Source: Sminthopsis crassicaudata (Eukaryota). Taken from it: a stretch of DNA of 64,000 bases. Made by a program: the position numbers and the translations under genes. Under the pieces are notes generated by a model that was given only the letters and a program-made list of their open reading frames with translations, searched no databases and had not been told where the DNA came from. Shown here piece by piece: positions 24,933 through 37,460 of this stretch. Location: positions 388,992,067 through 389,056,066 of the forward strand of contig NC_133617.1 in assembly GCF_048593235.1 (NCBI RefSeq), read 5' to 3'. Position 1 is the stretch's first letter; every line of letters begins with the position of its first letter.

Positions 24933-27900
24933 ATGGCTGGCACCCGGCAGCCAACGTCGGTTCAAGGCCTGGGGTTTGTGCTGGGCGGCCGTCATCAGGT
25001 ACTACTACTCGTTTGGTTTTCTGGTACCTATCATGCCCGTTTTCATTTCCCTCACATCTGTTTATTCTGTGTACTCTCCTCTATCTCCCCCCAACTAGGG
25101 CTCTCCATTTTTCTGCTTTTCTGCATGCATCCTGATCTCCCTTCATTTTTGTCTCCCCCAACCCCCACATTTCTTCTCCAGTTCATTCTCATATTCGTCC
25201 TTTTTCTCATTCCTCTGACCCTCTCTTCCACTTTCTCCCCAAATGTATCTCCCATCATCCACTCTGCTTTGTCTCTGACTCCTAGCTCCCATCACTGCTT
25301 TACCCACTGCACTCTTTCTCATCATCTTCAGCAGCCTGTGTCCCACAATAATCTCCTTGACTCCTCTGTGACTTGTATCTTTTTCTTCCCTCATCTAAGC
25401 CCCCAAGTTTTTATTTTCTCCTTTTCTTAGTCATGGCTTGGGCTAGGGATGGAATGCTTGGGGATGTGGCAGAAAATGTGGCTATTTGGGAGGGGACTGG
25501 GTGGGGATCAGCCCTCTGTACCCAACACTGTTACAGAGCAGGAGGGATGCTTCTTGAGCTGCATAAACACTGGGCTGGTACTAAATCTTAACTCTCCCTT
25601 CCCCTCATCCTTCTGGCCCATAGATATTCATTCTCTCCGTGCTTTGGTCAGATGGCAGTGACAGTCTCATCTACAGGACCTTACAGGAGTTCCGCCAATT
25701 CCATGTGAGACACCGGATCCACTATAACCCCCTGGGGCCCTCGAGAACAATCCCCTCTCCCAGGCTGCATTTTGGGGGTTACCCAATGACTCTGTCCCAG
25801 CCCATATTACCCCTTTATCGCCTAACTCCCTTATTTAAAGCCATTCCATGACTGAATCTATCCTTCCAGAAAAGGCTGAAGGACACTTTTCCCTTGGAGG
25901 CTGGTTTGCTGAAGAGTTCAGATCGTACCCTCCCCAAGTTTCAAGGTTAGGATGGATATTGCTGAAGGGCTGAGCTAGGAGGGTGGCAAAACTCTGAGGC
26001 TGAGCAGACACTTCAGTACTGGGCCAGTCTGAGAAAGGTTCTGGGACCTTAGGGTATGGATCTCAGTGGTAAGGGTGAAGAGAGCTTCAGAAGGAAGTCT
26101 GGGGCTCAGGGCTGCGGGGTCTCAGAGTTGCCTGTTCTTCCTGTAGATACCTCAGCACTTTTCCCCAGTGGAAGAACACGAAAGGGACTGGCCAAGTTAC
26201 AGCTGCTGGAAGCCTATTCTCAGAAACTTCTGGGAGCTTCAGATACAGTATCTCACAGTGAGGTGGTCATTGGCTTTTTCCAGCCCCAGCCCGGAGACCT
26301 GGAGCCTGTCCTGCCCCAGAACAGGTATTTGTGAGCCTCCATAAATACACTTTTCCTAATCAGATCAAGTTTTCATGGCCCATTCTAGGAAGGCTTGGGG
26401 GTTGGGAAGCTCACAATGTGCTAGGCAGATTCATAAGGAGGACATGGAAAAGGGGCTTGGCAGAGGAAGCTGAGAAAGTGGAGAAAGCTGCTTGGGCTCT
26501 GCAGCTTTCTTAGACTTTAGAAGAAAAGCTTCATGATTCTTTTACTATTCTAAGAGTCTTGGGTTAGGAACTCCCTCTATATTCCCTTCTAATTGCACAG
26601 CCTCTGCTTAGCAAGGCTTCCAGTAACAGGACATTCACTACTGCTTATTTATTCCATGTCTAACCAATCCTGTTCTTTATAGTTTGTGGGACTTTTTCTA
26701 GTAGTGACTGTCCCACCCTCACACATTGGTACACCCAAATTCTGCCTTATGGGGCCAAACAGGGGCAGTGTGGTATAGTGGGTAGAGAATGAGCTTTGAA
26801 GTCTGGAAAGCCTGGGTTCTCAACCTGCCTCTGACATACACTGGGTAAGGGGCAACTCCTTTACACTGCGGGCCTCTATTAGCATCAGGAGCTCCCCTTT
26901 ATGACTACAAGTCTGTCTACAGAACAAGTCTGCAATATTTGCAGATGTTATATTATTTGTATATTATATATTACACTGTAGCCAGTCTGGGGACTGGTAG
27001 TAGGAAGGAAGGACTGGGGATGCCAGGGGGTTGGACTTGGACTAGTCTTTGAGGAATGGATAGGGTCAGAATAAGGGAAAGGGCGGAGGGATGGCAGGAA
27101 GGCATTCCAGATAGGCACTGCAGCCTGGGTAAAAAGGTCTAGATGTGGAAATGAATCTAACTTTCTCCAGGAGGCGAAGAGAAGGCAGGCAGGAGGCCCA
27201 AATGCCAGGCTAAGAACAGTGTGGGGAGCTGAGACAGGAGAAAGTTCCACTTGGAAGACAGAAAATCTTGTACTGGGTCCAGAAAAGTTCCAATTGCCGA
27301 GGACTCAAGCCAACCTATCTTACTGTATCTCACTTTGGCTATCTTGGCTCTCTCCTTAAAGCCTGGTGGTCATGCCCTCCCCCTGGGAGAGGCTGGAACA
27401 AACTCAGAAGAAGCCCCTGGGCCTAGAACCAGACATCCAAACCCTGGAGGCCCAGACTTACCAGTGTCTCGATAGCTTCCATACTCAGGACATCAGGGGC
27501 AGAGCCTTCGAGGCTGAAGCTGGAGAAAAGCTGGATGTCTTGCTTAGAGAGCCCACAGGTGGGAGGGCTGTGGGACTGGGATGGGGGGAGAGACATGGGA
27601 GAATGGGGCAACTGCCCTGAATCCTGGGATGGAGAGATGAAGGGGTGTTTTATGTTGGTGGGGAGCCTAAAGAGATGGGCCTTATCCCCAGGAAACAGAT
27701 TCATCAAGGGATGGGGTTCTGTTTTTTTTCTTTTGGGGGGGAGGGGGAAGAGAACAGGACTTGGGGAAACAAGTATTTGGAAGGCTAGGGGCATTTGGAG
27801 GAAAGAGGACCCCCTGGGGGGTCCCAAGGAATTCTGAGTCTTGGGGGAAGGAATAAGGGAAGAGGTGAGGACCCTAGAGCAGGAGAGGCTCTTCAATCCT

Positions 27901-29136
27901 TGACAGTAGAGCAAAATCCTCCAAAAGTTGGAAATCAGCATTTGATGGGAAGGGTATGTCCCTGAGTGATATGCATACACGTCTGTACCAGTGAGTAGCT
28001 TCCTCTGGATTCCCTTTTACTAGTGCCTCTTACTAGCCCAGGGTGCTCCATCTCTTCCTCCTTCCCTAGGCTGGTGGCTGGTGGAGAACGAGGACAAGCA
28101 GATGGCTTGGTTTCCTGCACCCTACCTGAAGGAACTGTCTCCCAGAAAGGGACGTGAGGAGCTGCCCCAGGTACCCTTCGGCGGTAAGTGCCCCACGCTA
28201 GATTCGGACAAGAGAGGGAAGGAGCGGGTAGAGGGCTCGGCTAGGACTGTCTCTGGCACGTGTGCTCAGCATCACTTCCTTTTTAAATCACTACCATTTC
28301 AGTTTCTTGGATAGAAGTCTTTAGAAAGCTCTTGCCAGCTCTGAGTCCTACGAGTCCGTATCCCTAGCTTGTTCTGGAGGGATAGGAGACATCCCCGGCT
28401 CGGGGACTTACACAAGTCTCCGGGTATTCACAGGGAATCCTGTGACCCAAGAGGAAGGCGCGTCCCCGGGCAAGCACCTAGTGGGAGATGAGGAATGGTT
28501 CTTTCCCGCCCCTGCAGGTCTGCCGTTCTATACCATGGAAGCGTATGAAAGCAGCCGGGAGGACGAGCTGTGTGTGCCCGCGGGGGCCCGTGTGACAGTG
28601 CTGAAGGTGTCCGAACGCGGCTGGTGGCAATGCAGGTGGGTAGGGGATCAGGCCGGGTGCCCCGGGAAGGAGCTCCGCGACCCTCCCCCCCACACTTGGG
28701 AGGACGAAACGAGCTTCCCCTCCCCTTCTCCCACAGGTACCGTGGCCGCCTGGGGCTCCTACCAGCCGTGTTGCTGCGTCGCTGCCCGGGCCCCGCGAAC
28801 GCCAGTGGGCTGGCGCTCCTGAACATGGGCAGGACCAATCCGGAGCCAGAATCCAAGAGCGGAGCTGAAACCGAGCCAGGCAGGAGCCCGCCCAGGGAGA
28901 GGCGCCTCCCTCCGCCCGTCACCCCAAAGTACAGCTCCGACTCGGACTCGGGGTCGGGCAGCGACAATGGGGAGAAAGTCAGTGTCTCGGCGGAGCCCAG
29001 CTCTGTCCCTGTAGTGCCCACCCGGCCCAGGAGAGGTGACATCCTGCGCAGCTGCTGCTCCGTGACCCGCAGAGCCCTTCTGGGCCCGGAGGCATTTAAG
29101 TCTCTGAGCCAGAAGTCCCCAGTAGCCCCATCCTAA
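24933..29136 (+). CDS. NOXO1: NADPH oxidase organizer 1 (PX-SH3-SH3-PRR), 8 coding exons, 409 aa
   Basis: Exons 24933-24998, 25624-25704, 25870-25945, 26147-26324, 27362-27558, 28070-28183, 28518-28635, 28737-29136. All introns are GT-AG, phases match, total 1230 nt. Peptides [80 protein letters not shown] and CCSVTRRAL match NOXO1 as recalled. AATAAA at 29294-29299. Confidence 0.96.
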
Positions 29137-30151
29137 ACTCCCAGGAAAATCCTTTCCCTGCTGGCATCTGAAGATCTGCCCTCTCTGGTGCCTTCTGTTG
29201 GACTTTGTATTGAGTACCTCATCCCTGTGGGACGGAGTCAGTCCTAAATGGTTTTGTTTTTTTAAATATTTAATTTTTTTTTTTGTACGTGTGAATAAAG
29301 AAATCTCTTTAGCAGCTGGCCAAGAGTCTGTCTGCCTTCTCCCTTCTTCACCTCTAAAGAGAAGACTCTCAAGACCCCAGCCCCCAACCTTATTTCTGCC
29401 CCAGGGGGGTGACCTTAAGTCCACTTGCTTCCTCAGGGTTAATAGCCAAAGTATCACAGAAAAGACCCAAATTCAAATCTTACTCTTGCAATTTTCTACC
29501 CTTACAACCTCAGTCAAGCCGTTTGTCTTCCTGGGCCTGAGTTATTTCAGAAAATGAGGACGATATTGGATGGCCTCTTGGGTCCCTTCCAGCTAACTCA
29601 GACCCATGATGTGTTTCTCTCTCTAAGGTCCTGGCACACTTGGGCAGCTTTCTGTCCAGTATTCCACCCAGAGCATGCATTCCCTGAGGGAAGGGCCTGG
29701 ATCACAGATTTAGAGCAGACATCCAGTCTAACTTCCTCATTTTTTGCAAAAGGGGAGCAGAGAGAGTTGAAGACCAGACAGGAAATACTCTGACTCCAAA
29801 CAGGATGGCCTACACACTGACATTCTCACCCTTCTCCCCAGCTGTGAATTCTCTTGGGCAGACTCAGGTTCTCGCCTTTATCTCCCTGGAAACATGGCTT
29901 GTATTCTGAGTGGGACTCACAAAATGAAGAAAACAGGCAGACACATATCCCTAATACCACACCACACAACTCAAGGGGTTCAAGGAGCTCTGTCCCTGAT
30001 TCTGGCCCATGTTTCAGGGGATTCCAGGAGGTGAATTCTGTGGATATACTTGGGAAGGTTTGTGAAGTTGACCCTTTTGATCAGGCAAGGAAGGATCAAG
30101 TCCTAGATAAGGGAAATCCTTGTGAGGTTTGACTAACTTTTATACAAAATG

Positions 30152-33100
30152 TTACAAAGGTTGTAGGGCAGGGGAGGCTGAAGTCTCAGGGAGCTTCATA
30201 GTCTGCCATAGAAAGTCCAAGAACATGGCAGCTTGCAGTGTCCGGCTGATCCGCTGGAAATGTCGCTCTGAGGAGGGAGGAAGAGAAGGAGGGAGAGGTG
30301 AGGACAGATTCTGTCCCTACATCATCCCCTGACAGGCTGAAGACTGAGCACCTCCCTCTCCACAACAGCCATTCACTAGTACAGGGCCCGAGAGTCACTC
30401 ACCAGTGTACGGCAGCAGTGCCTCTAAGGTAGACTGCACTCCCTCATAGGCCAGCAGTTCTTCTGGGCTCTCATGCCGTAACAGCACGCCCAACACAGCT
30501 TGGGCTTCGTGGCAATGGCGAGAATTTGTGTTCCATGTGACTGAGAATCTCAACAGGGCCTCTGAGAACATGCCAGGGAAGAAGTCAGGGACCAGCTCAG
30601 CTTCTCTTGCCCCTCTCCCCACCCCTCAAAGGCCCTGCTGGGCTCTGGGCTAATGGGCACTGACCTTTCTGGTCCTTACGGAGCCTTAGTACCTTTTCTT
30701 CAAGCTTCTTAGGACCCTCAGTGTCCTTCAAGATGGCTATGTTAGGCAGGGAGGGCGAGTCCGAGAAAAGAGAAAGCTGGAGATTGACATCTACCTCAAC
30801 CTCAATCATTCCCCAAGCCACTGCCTTCCTTCCCTTCTGGGACTTCCAGCCCTTTGAAGTCACTGACCTTTGACAACTGTTAACACAGTATGTGGCCTGT
30901 CCAGAGAGATAGCTAGGCCCAGAGCCCGAAGGTACTGCTTCTCTTGGAGAAGATTAGAGAGCTCCTGCTGCCTGCGGGGAGATAGAGAATCAGTGGGGAA
31001 AGGCTAGGGGAAGGGCAAGATATGGAGGAAGGAGGGGGTTGAGAGGCCACATAAGCTCTGGGACAGCTGCCCTTATCACCCTTGGGACTTACTTCAGGAT
31101 CTGCTCCTCCTGCCTGGCCTGCTCTTCTGCCTGCTCTGTCTCGGTCACATCCTGGAAACAGAGTCATTCAGCTAGGTGGAAGAAGCCAAGGAGAGATTAC
31201 CCCTCCCCCTGACCCCCAGTGCAGAAGGCCCGCTCTCACCCACCTTCCAGAGCAGGATCCGGGCATCGCTGGCTCCCGTCACAACCTCCTCATCCAGCCG
31301 ATTGCAATGCAGCCCCCACACCTTGTCCTCGTGCCCATCTAGCGTCCGCACACACTCATTGGTCTTGATAGTCCAGAGTTTGAGCAGGCCATCTGAGCCG
31401 CTGCAGTGAGGAAGCAGAATCAGAGCCCCGGTCAGAGCTTCAGAGCAGGAGCCCAGCCCGGTCCCCAGTCCCAACTCACCTGGACAGCAATTGTGTCCCT
31501 CGGCTCACAAAAGTCACCCGCAGCACAGACGCGTCGTGACCCTCGAATGTCTGGGGATGACACAGAGGGAAGGGGACATGGAGCAGAGCCGAGGCAGAGG
31601 CTCGGCTTCACCGGGACGCCTGAAGGGTTTGGGCTGAGGAATATTACCTTGAGACAACTGAAGTCCTGCAGACTCCAAAGCTTCAAGGAGCCATCGGCGG
31701 AGGCTGTTGCCAGCACCTGGTCCATGGGGGAGAACTGCACACACCACACCCCTCGCCGGTGACCCGAGAAGACTCCCAGCAGGGAGAAGTCAGGCAGGGA
31801 CCACAGCTTGGCTGTTCGGTCCTGGGACCCAGATGCCAACAGTTTGTCATTTGGAGATATGGCCACACTGTTAATGTCCTAGAGAGAGAAGACAAGCGGG
31901 GCTTGGGGCTAGGGCAAGGATGGTGGCTCTGCCCAGTCCCCAGGACAGTCTCCTGTCTGGTGTTACCTTGTCATGGGCCCGCTGGGTGGCCTGGGCCTGG
32001 AGAGGAATAGGATCACAGCTGGGGTCTCGGGTCATCTTCTTGGATGTCATGGCCTCAGGAAGGGGCCAGAGCTTTACTGTACAGTCCTGGCTCCCCGTCA
32101 CCAGGAAGGCCTCCTTCAGCCTGACATCAGGAGAACAAACAGATGCACAAGTCATGTTGCCTTCTGCCTCTCCATTCCCACAGCCTTTATATCCTAACCC
32201 AGGTCATGTAATCTCGCCTACAACCAGGACTGTAACAGGCTCCTAAGCGCCGTCCCTGCCTTTACCTTACACTGCTCTGAGAGGAGTGGGTCCTATTCTT
32301 TAAAGCACAACAACAGTAACAACTTTTATATAGTGCATTAAGATTTATAAAGTATTTTACAAACATCAACTCATTTTAGCCTCATGACCACTCTGGGACA
32401 TAAGTGCTAGTATCATCCCTATTTTACAGATGAGAACACTGAGGGATAGAGACTGGTTTCTTCAAGATTACGGAGCTGGCAAGGGTCTGAGACAGGATCA
32501 GAATTCAGGTATTGCCGAATCCCAACCTAGCTCTCTATTCTAGCTCAGTCTGGCCTCAATCCATCTCTTTTCCCTAGAAGCCCCTACTTCAAATTCCTGC
32601 CTTTCAGTCCAGTAGGACAACTCATTTCTGAATACTGGCATTTTCCTGGTTCCACACCTTTCTTTGAGTCATTTTCTTCTTTTCTAAGACACCAATAAAC
32701 TCCTTCATTCTCTTCCTCTTCATCTATCTTCCCAAAGCCAGCCCCAACCCACAGCAGCTTCCTGCAGAGTCCCTCTCTCTCAGAGTCACACATCTTCAGA
32801 CCTTGTTTGTGCCCCATTTTCTCACTCTCCTGTGTCTAAGTCCTGTCTTCCTCTCAGCAGTGAGCTGAGGGTAGGAGCACTGTCTATTTGCTACTTTTTT
32901 CTGTCTTCTCACATGATGAGCTTCTAAAGGAGAGGCCCAGGGTAAGCTTTTATTTTCCGTCTCTTTTCAGACTGAGAACTCCCTGCATATGAGGAGGGAG
33001 GGGAGGCGGGGCACTCATGATGAGCTCAGCTTCCCTCCTGGGGCTCATGTGCAATACCTGGAGCAGCTGATGGTCCCGATGCCATGTGTGTGGCCAGAGC

Positions 33101-36100
33101 CATGGGCTACACAATGCACCTTCCCGTTGACATTCATTTTCCATATGCGCACGCTCTGGTCCTGGGAAGGGGGAAGTGGAAGAAGTGAAGAACAGTTAAC
33201 GTGGTGAAATGTGGTCCCTTCTCCTTCCTCCCCATCTCCCTGGCAGTCCTCACCTTGGCACAGCTGGCAAACAGCCGGCCTTTCCGGAAAACATCCAAAG
33301 CCATGATTATGTCTGTGGGGAGAAAAGAAGCTGAAGTCAGAGGCTCAGACCTAAAGGTCTAGAACCTAATGGATCTAATTCACCCGCTTAATTTTACATG
33401 TAAGAAAACTGAGGCTAACAAAGAGGAAATACTTTGCCCCCCAATCCTAGATCGTCAGAGAAAACGAGAGGGTCAGAGGTGGCTCAGAAACACTAGGGAG
33501 GTCAGGGCTTACCTGTGTGCCCACAAAGGATCTGGCAATCAGAGGTTTCCAGCTCAAACACTTTCAGTCGGGGGCTATTTGTGGCAACAATGATGTGGGA
33601 ATCTTCAGGGCCTAGGAACCTCACGTCTAACACATCCTCGTTATAGCCAGCAAACTGGGCAGGGAGAAAAGCAAATGAATGTGGGGATGCTGTCCCCTGC
33701 CCCCGCCCTGCCTCTGACACGAAGGTCGGGGACACCCACCTGTTTGTGAAGGTGAAGCGTGTGGGCCTCATAGAGGAGGATGTTGTGCTCGGCCGTGACC
33801 GCCATCACCAGGCCGGCAGCTGGGATCAGGGAGCAGTGTGTGACCTCCCGCCCAGGGCCGCCTTCACCGACGACAGGCTTCTGGGTGTGCACGCAGTTCC
33901 CAGACTCGGCCTCCCAGACCCGGAGCACTCCTAGACCAGACACACACACGGGAGATACTTCAGACATGGGGAGATCTGAGATGGAGAACTGGAAACAGTT
34001 GCAGCACCTTGGAGATGAAGCCAGGGCCCCCCAATACTGGGCTGTGGAACCCCTACTCACCCCGCTCTCCTGCTGTGAGGAAGTGCAGCCCCGAGCTGTT
34101 CACGCCCAGTGCAGGGGCCTCCCCTTTTGGAAGCAGCACCACAGACTCCACACTCTGAGAAAGAGCATCAGGAGAGTCAGTCACTCTGGGTCCCATCCCA
34201 GGTCTCTCTTCCCCTCCTGCCACCCCAGACCCACCTCAAAAACAGGGACTGTCTTCACCGACGTCCGAGTCTTCAGGTCCCACACAGTACAGATCTTGTC
34301 CCGGCCAGAGCTACCAGGAGAACAGGGGAGCACAGTCAATGCCTGAGCACACCCAGCCCTTTCCCTTGTGTCCAGGAAAAGGGACTTCCTCTTACCAAAC
34401 CCTGGATACAGACATAAGGTTCCTCCTGAGCCACTGACCTGACCATGGTGTGGCCATCAGCGCTGAAGGCCAGTGAAGTGACTGTGCTGTAGTGGCTGCT
34501 TAGCACGGTCAGGCAGGTTCCAGTCTGAAGACCCCAGACACGGATCGTGCAGTCCATGGCAGAAGAGAACAGCAGGAGTTGCTCAGGGTCTGGATGGAAG
34601 GCCACAAGGCTGGGGAGGATCAGACAGGAGTCACTAACTCTGGCTCCCACGCTCAATTCCCCCAATCCCAGGTTTGATGACCCCATCTGTAAAATGGGTT
34701 GAACCCAGGACTTACTGGACAACTCCAGGGGAGCCACGTAGGTTGTGAGTACCATATCTTCGTTCCAAGTCCCAGACACGCACCGCTCCATCACAGCCAC
34801 CTACGGAGAAAAAGAGAACAATATGGGGTTGGGGGACAACATGAAAAGAGAAGTAGAAGTTTGAAATCCAGTCTCCCTCCAAACTTTCTGGGGACACATA
34901 CCGTTTTACTGCCATTCAAGCCTTATCAATCCCTGATTGTGGATGACTTCCCTCATTCCCTTTCTCCCACTCTTACTCAGGGGAATGGTCCTGCAGAATC
35001 CCACAACTCCCTGGACGTGGTCCAGTACAAATCTGCTTTCATATCTCAACCGTGACTTCATTTTAACAAGGGGATCCCTGTACTCTTCTCCAATTCTCTG
35101 CCCCATTCCTTGCACAGGCTCTTCCAAACTTCTTTCCTACATTTCCTTCCCACTCCCCCAATCAACGCCCCTTTTTCAGAACCTTTTGATATCACCCCTC
35201 TTCTCTCTTTTTTGGAGAAGTAACTGGAATTAAGCGGCTTACTCGGGATCACACAGCTGGTAAGTGTCACGTATCTGAAGCTGGATTTGAATTCAGATGC
35301 CTGACTCCAGAGCAGGTGCTCTGGCCAGTGTGGCACTTAGCTCCCCCTCCCCACCCCCGACCCCCGACAAGGCCAACCGCATCTTCTAAATGTCTGTCTT
35401 TGATGTCAGCCCTTCCTATCTTCTCCAGCAAAGCCCTTCCTTCCCCTTCAGTCTCTGGCTCCTTCCTCGACGTCTATGAACGTCCTCTCCAAATACTTCC
35501 TCATTTAAAAAAACCCTCCCCAGAAATGACCGTTGCTTCAAAGGAATACTCTCTCTTCTTTCCCCAATCACACTCCTGGAAAACCGCTTCCTGCGGTCAC
35601 CAACACTCTTCTGAGGGCCCAATCTGAAAGCCTTTTCCTGTTCCCCTCCCAGTTCTCATCTTTCTGAACTCTACAGCCGGACCCCCGACCAGCCGGGGCG
35701 CTGTCCTCTCTGCGCTGCAGCATGAGACTGCTCTCCATCACCTCCCTTGTTGGGGCCGCCTTTCCAGGCATCTACACCCCCTCCCACACGGTGAATGCTC
35801 CCCAGGACTAACTTACACACCTGTAGCCAGCAGTGTGGATGTTGGGTCAAATGCCATGGCGGCCACAGGAGCCGTGTGGATAGCCTTCCAAACCCGCGTG
35901 ACATTGCCCTCGCGCCAGGCCCACTGCGTCAGTAACAGTGCCCGGCTCCCCGTCACCAAAATCTGGGAAAGGGAAGAGAGAGCCCAGGTTAGTCAGGGGT
36001 CCCGGGAGCAGGTCCCGTCTCTCCCCTCCCCCACCACACACACCTCTTCGTTGGGGCTGAGGTCAAAGGTTGTGATGTTCTCTTGGTCTTCCTGCGGAAA

Positions 36101-36990
36101 GAAAGGCGGGAGAATCCGGCACAAGTTGAAGAGAGATGCAGGAGGGAAAAGGGGTGTGTATTACGGCACAGCTATCCGCTTGGCAGCCGGAGCCGCCCCG
36201 GAGTCAGGAGGACCTGAGCTCGGTCTCAGACGCGCACTAACTGGGTGATGCTGGGCAAGGAAAGCCTGTCTGCCTGCGCTTCCTCAGAAGGAAATGGAAA
36301 CCACTCTACGGCTTCTTCTTCAAGAAAATCTCACATGAGGGTCTGAATCAGACCGGACTTTAAAGTGATAACAAAAACTGCTTTTTCAGGTTTTCTCACT
36401 GGATCACCACGGCAACAGGAGAAGCGGGTGGGGCTACCCTCCCCTTTACAGGAAGTCCCCAGCATCACCTTCCCCATCCCCCATTGGGAGCTCCACCGGA
36501 ACTCGAGCTCACCTGCTGCAAGGTCCTCACGAGGCTCCCGGAAGTGGCGTCCACAACGTTGACTCCCGAGCCGCAGACGCAGAAAAGGAGCTGTCCATCT
36601 CCAGAGGCCTGAGCGGGAAGGGCAAAGAGTGAGCAGGGCAGTGGAGACGCTCCGCCCCGCCCTGCCCCGCCCCCTCGGTTACCAGCTCCCCCCGGGCCCT
36701 CCCTCCCGCGCGCGCCTCAGGGCTCCTACTTGGACTTTGCCTCCTTTATAGAAAGGTTCGATTCGCCGCTGTACCACGTAGCTGTGGGGAGAAATGCCAC
36801 GCTGAGAGAGGGCAGGCCTGGGAGGCCTCGCCGCCCCCCTTCTCCCCGGCTCCGCAACTTCTGCCCCGGACACCCTTCCCTACCCCTCAACCCCAAGCCG
36901 TCTGAGACCCTTCCCGGCTTCTCCCTAACAGGCCCCTCACTTGCTCTTGAAGCGCAACCCGCGGGCCCCAGGCCCGGCAGTCTCCCCCAT
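30152..36990 (-). CDS. TBL3: Transducin beta-like 3 (UTP13, WD40 SSU processome subunit), 22 coding exons, 810 aa
   Basis: Exons in transcript order: 36990-36941, 36781-36730, 36608-36513, 36091-36044, 35962-35821, 34800-34716, 34609-34439, 34310-34235, 34154-34061, 33930-33740, 33654-33513, 33312-33254, 33161-33058, 32120-31967, 31878-31648, 31550-31480, 31400-31244, 31151-31093, 30971-30868, 30736-30665, 30561-30403, 30267-30152. Total 2433 nt, all GT-AG. Starts MGETAGPGARGLRFKSNYVVQRRIEPFYKGGK, has multiple WD repeats, and ends in a UTP13 domain (TWNTNSRHCHEAQAVL). Confidence 0.97.
36170..36290 (+). mobile_element. Degenerate CORE-SINE in TBL3 intron 3
   Basis: GGAGTCAGGAGGACCTGAG...CTGGGCAAG...CTTCCTCA matches the SINE head and core seen in other copies. 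Confidence 0.6.
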
Positions 36991-37460
36991 TCCGGTCCCC
37001 GTCCCAGGCCTGGCCCCGCCTGCGGCTGCCCAGCGACGGAACGCCGGCGCTCGCACGTGCAGTAAAATAGCGAATCGTGGGGCTCCTGTTTCCGGCGCGC
37101 CATGATAGCGTCACCGAGTGACATCACCGGAGGCGGGTCCTTTCGGAGGTTACTTCGGGAATGGTGGGAGGGGCTGCTTTGGAGATACCTTTTCCTGGTC
37201 CCCATACTGCGTTATGGACCGGGCCAGGAGGAGGCTGTGTGGACAGCGATGTGCGTGCATGGCGGGTGGGAGGATTCTCGGGGCAGTATAGATGGAGCAG
37301 CCTTGATGGTTACGATGGTGTAGTTGCTTTACATTGGAGACGGGCTCCGAACTAGCAGAAACACAAACTACACATTCTCCCTCTCCGTCCCGAACTCGGA
37401 AATTCCACTCGCCCACAACCGTCATTTCATTGCGCCGCTAGGGGCGCTGCCGCGCGGGAT
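36500..37460 (-). promoter_or_regulatory. TBL3 CpG-island promoter
   Basis: High CpG density around exons 1-3; E-box CACGTG 37054-37059; ETS TTTCCGG 37089-37095; TGACATCA 37119-37126. Confidence 0.75.

Noticed and set aside
24999-25430. 215-aa ORF (24783-25430) running from NOXO1 exon 1 through intron 1
   Set aside because: The intron is extremely C/T-rich, which suppresses stop codons; the peptide is low-complexity, and a good donor at 24998 splices in frame to a conserved exon 2.
28428-29457. Long minus-strand ORFs (204 and 232 aa) over the NOXO1 3' exons
   Set aside because: GC-rich antisense frames with no recognisable domain.
36726-37205. ORF containing MARRKQEPH with an ATG at 37103 as a possible TBL3 start
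   Set aside because: The ATG at 36990 gives MGETAGPG..RFKSN, matching the known N-terminus, and has a GTGAGG donor. The upstream ATG is out of frame and lies among promoter motifs; at most it is a uORF.
37430-37450. CTCF-like CCGCTAGGGGCGC upstream of TBL3
   Set aside because: One base short of the core consensus; not supportable without ChIP data.
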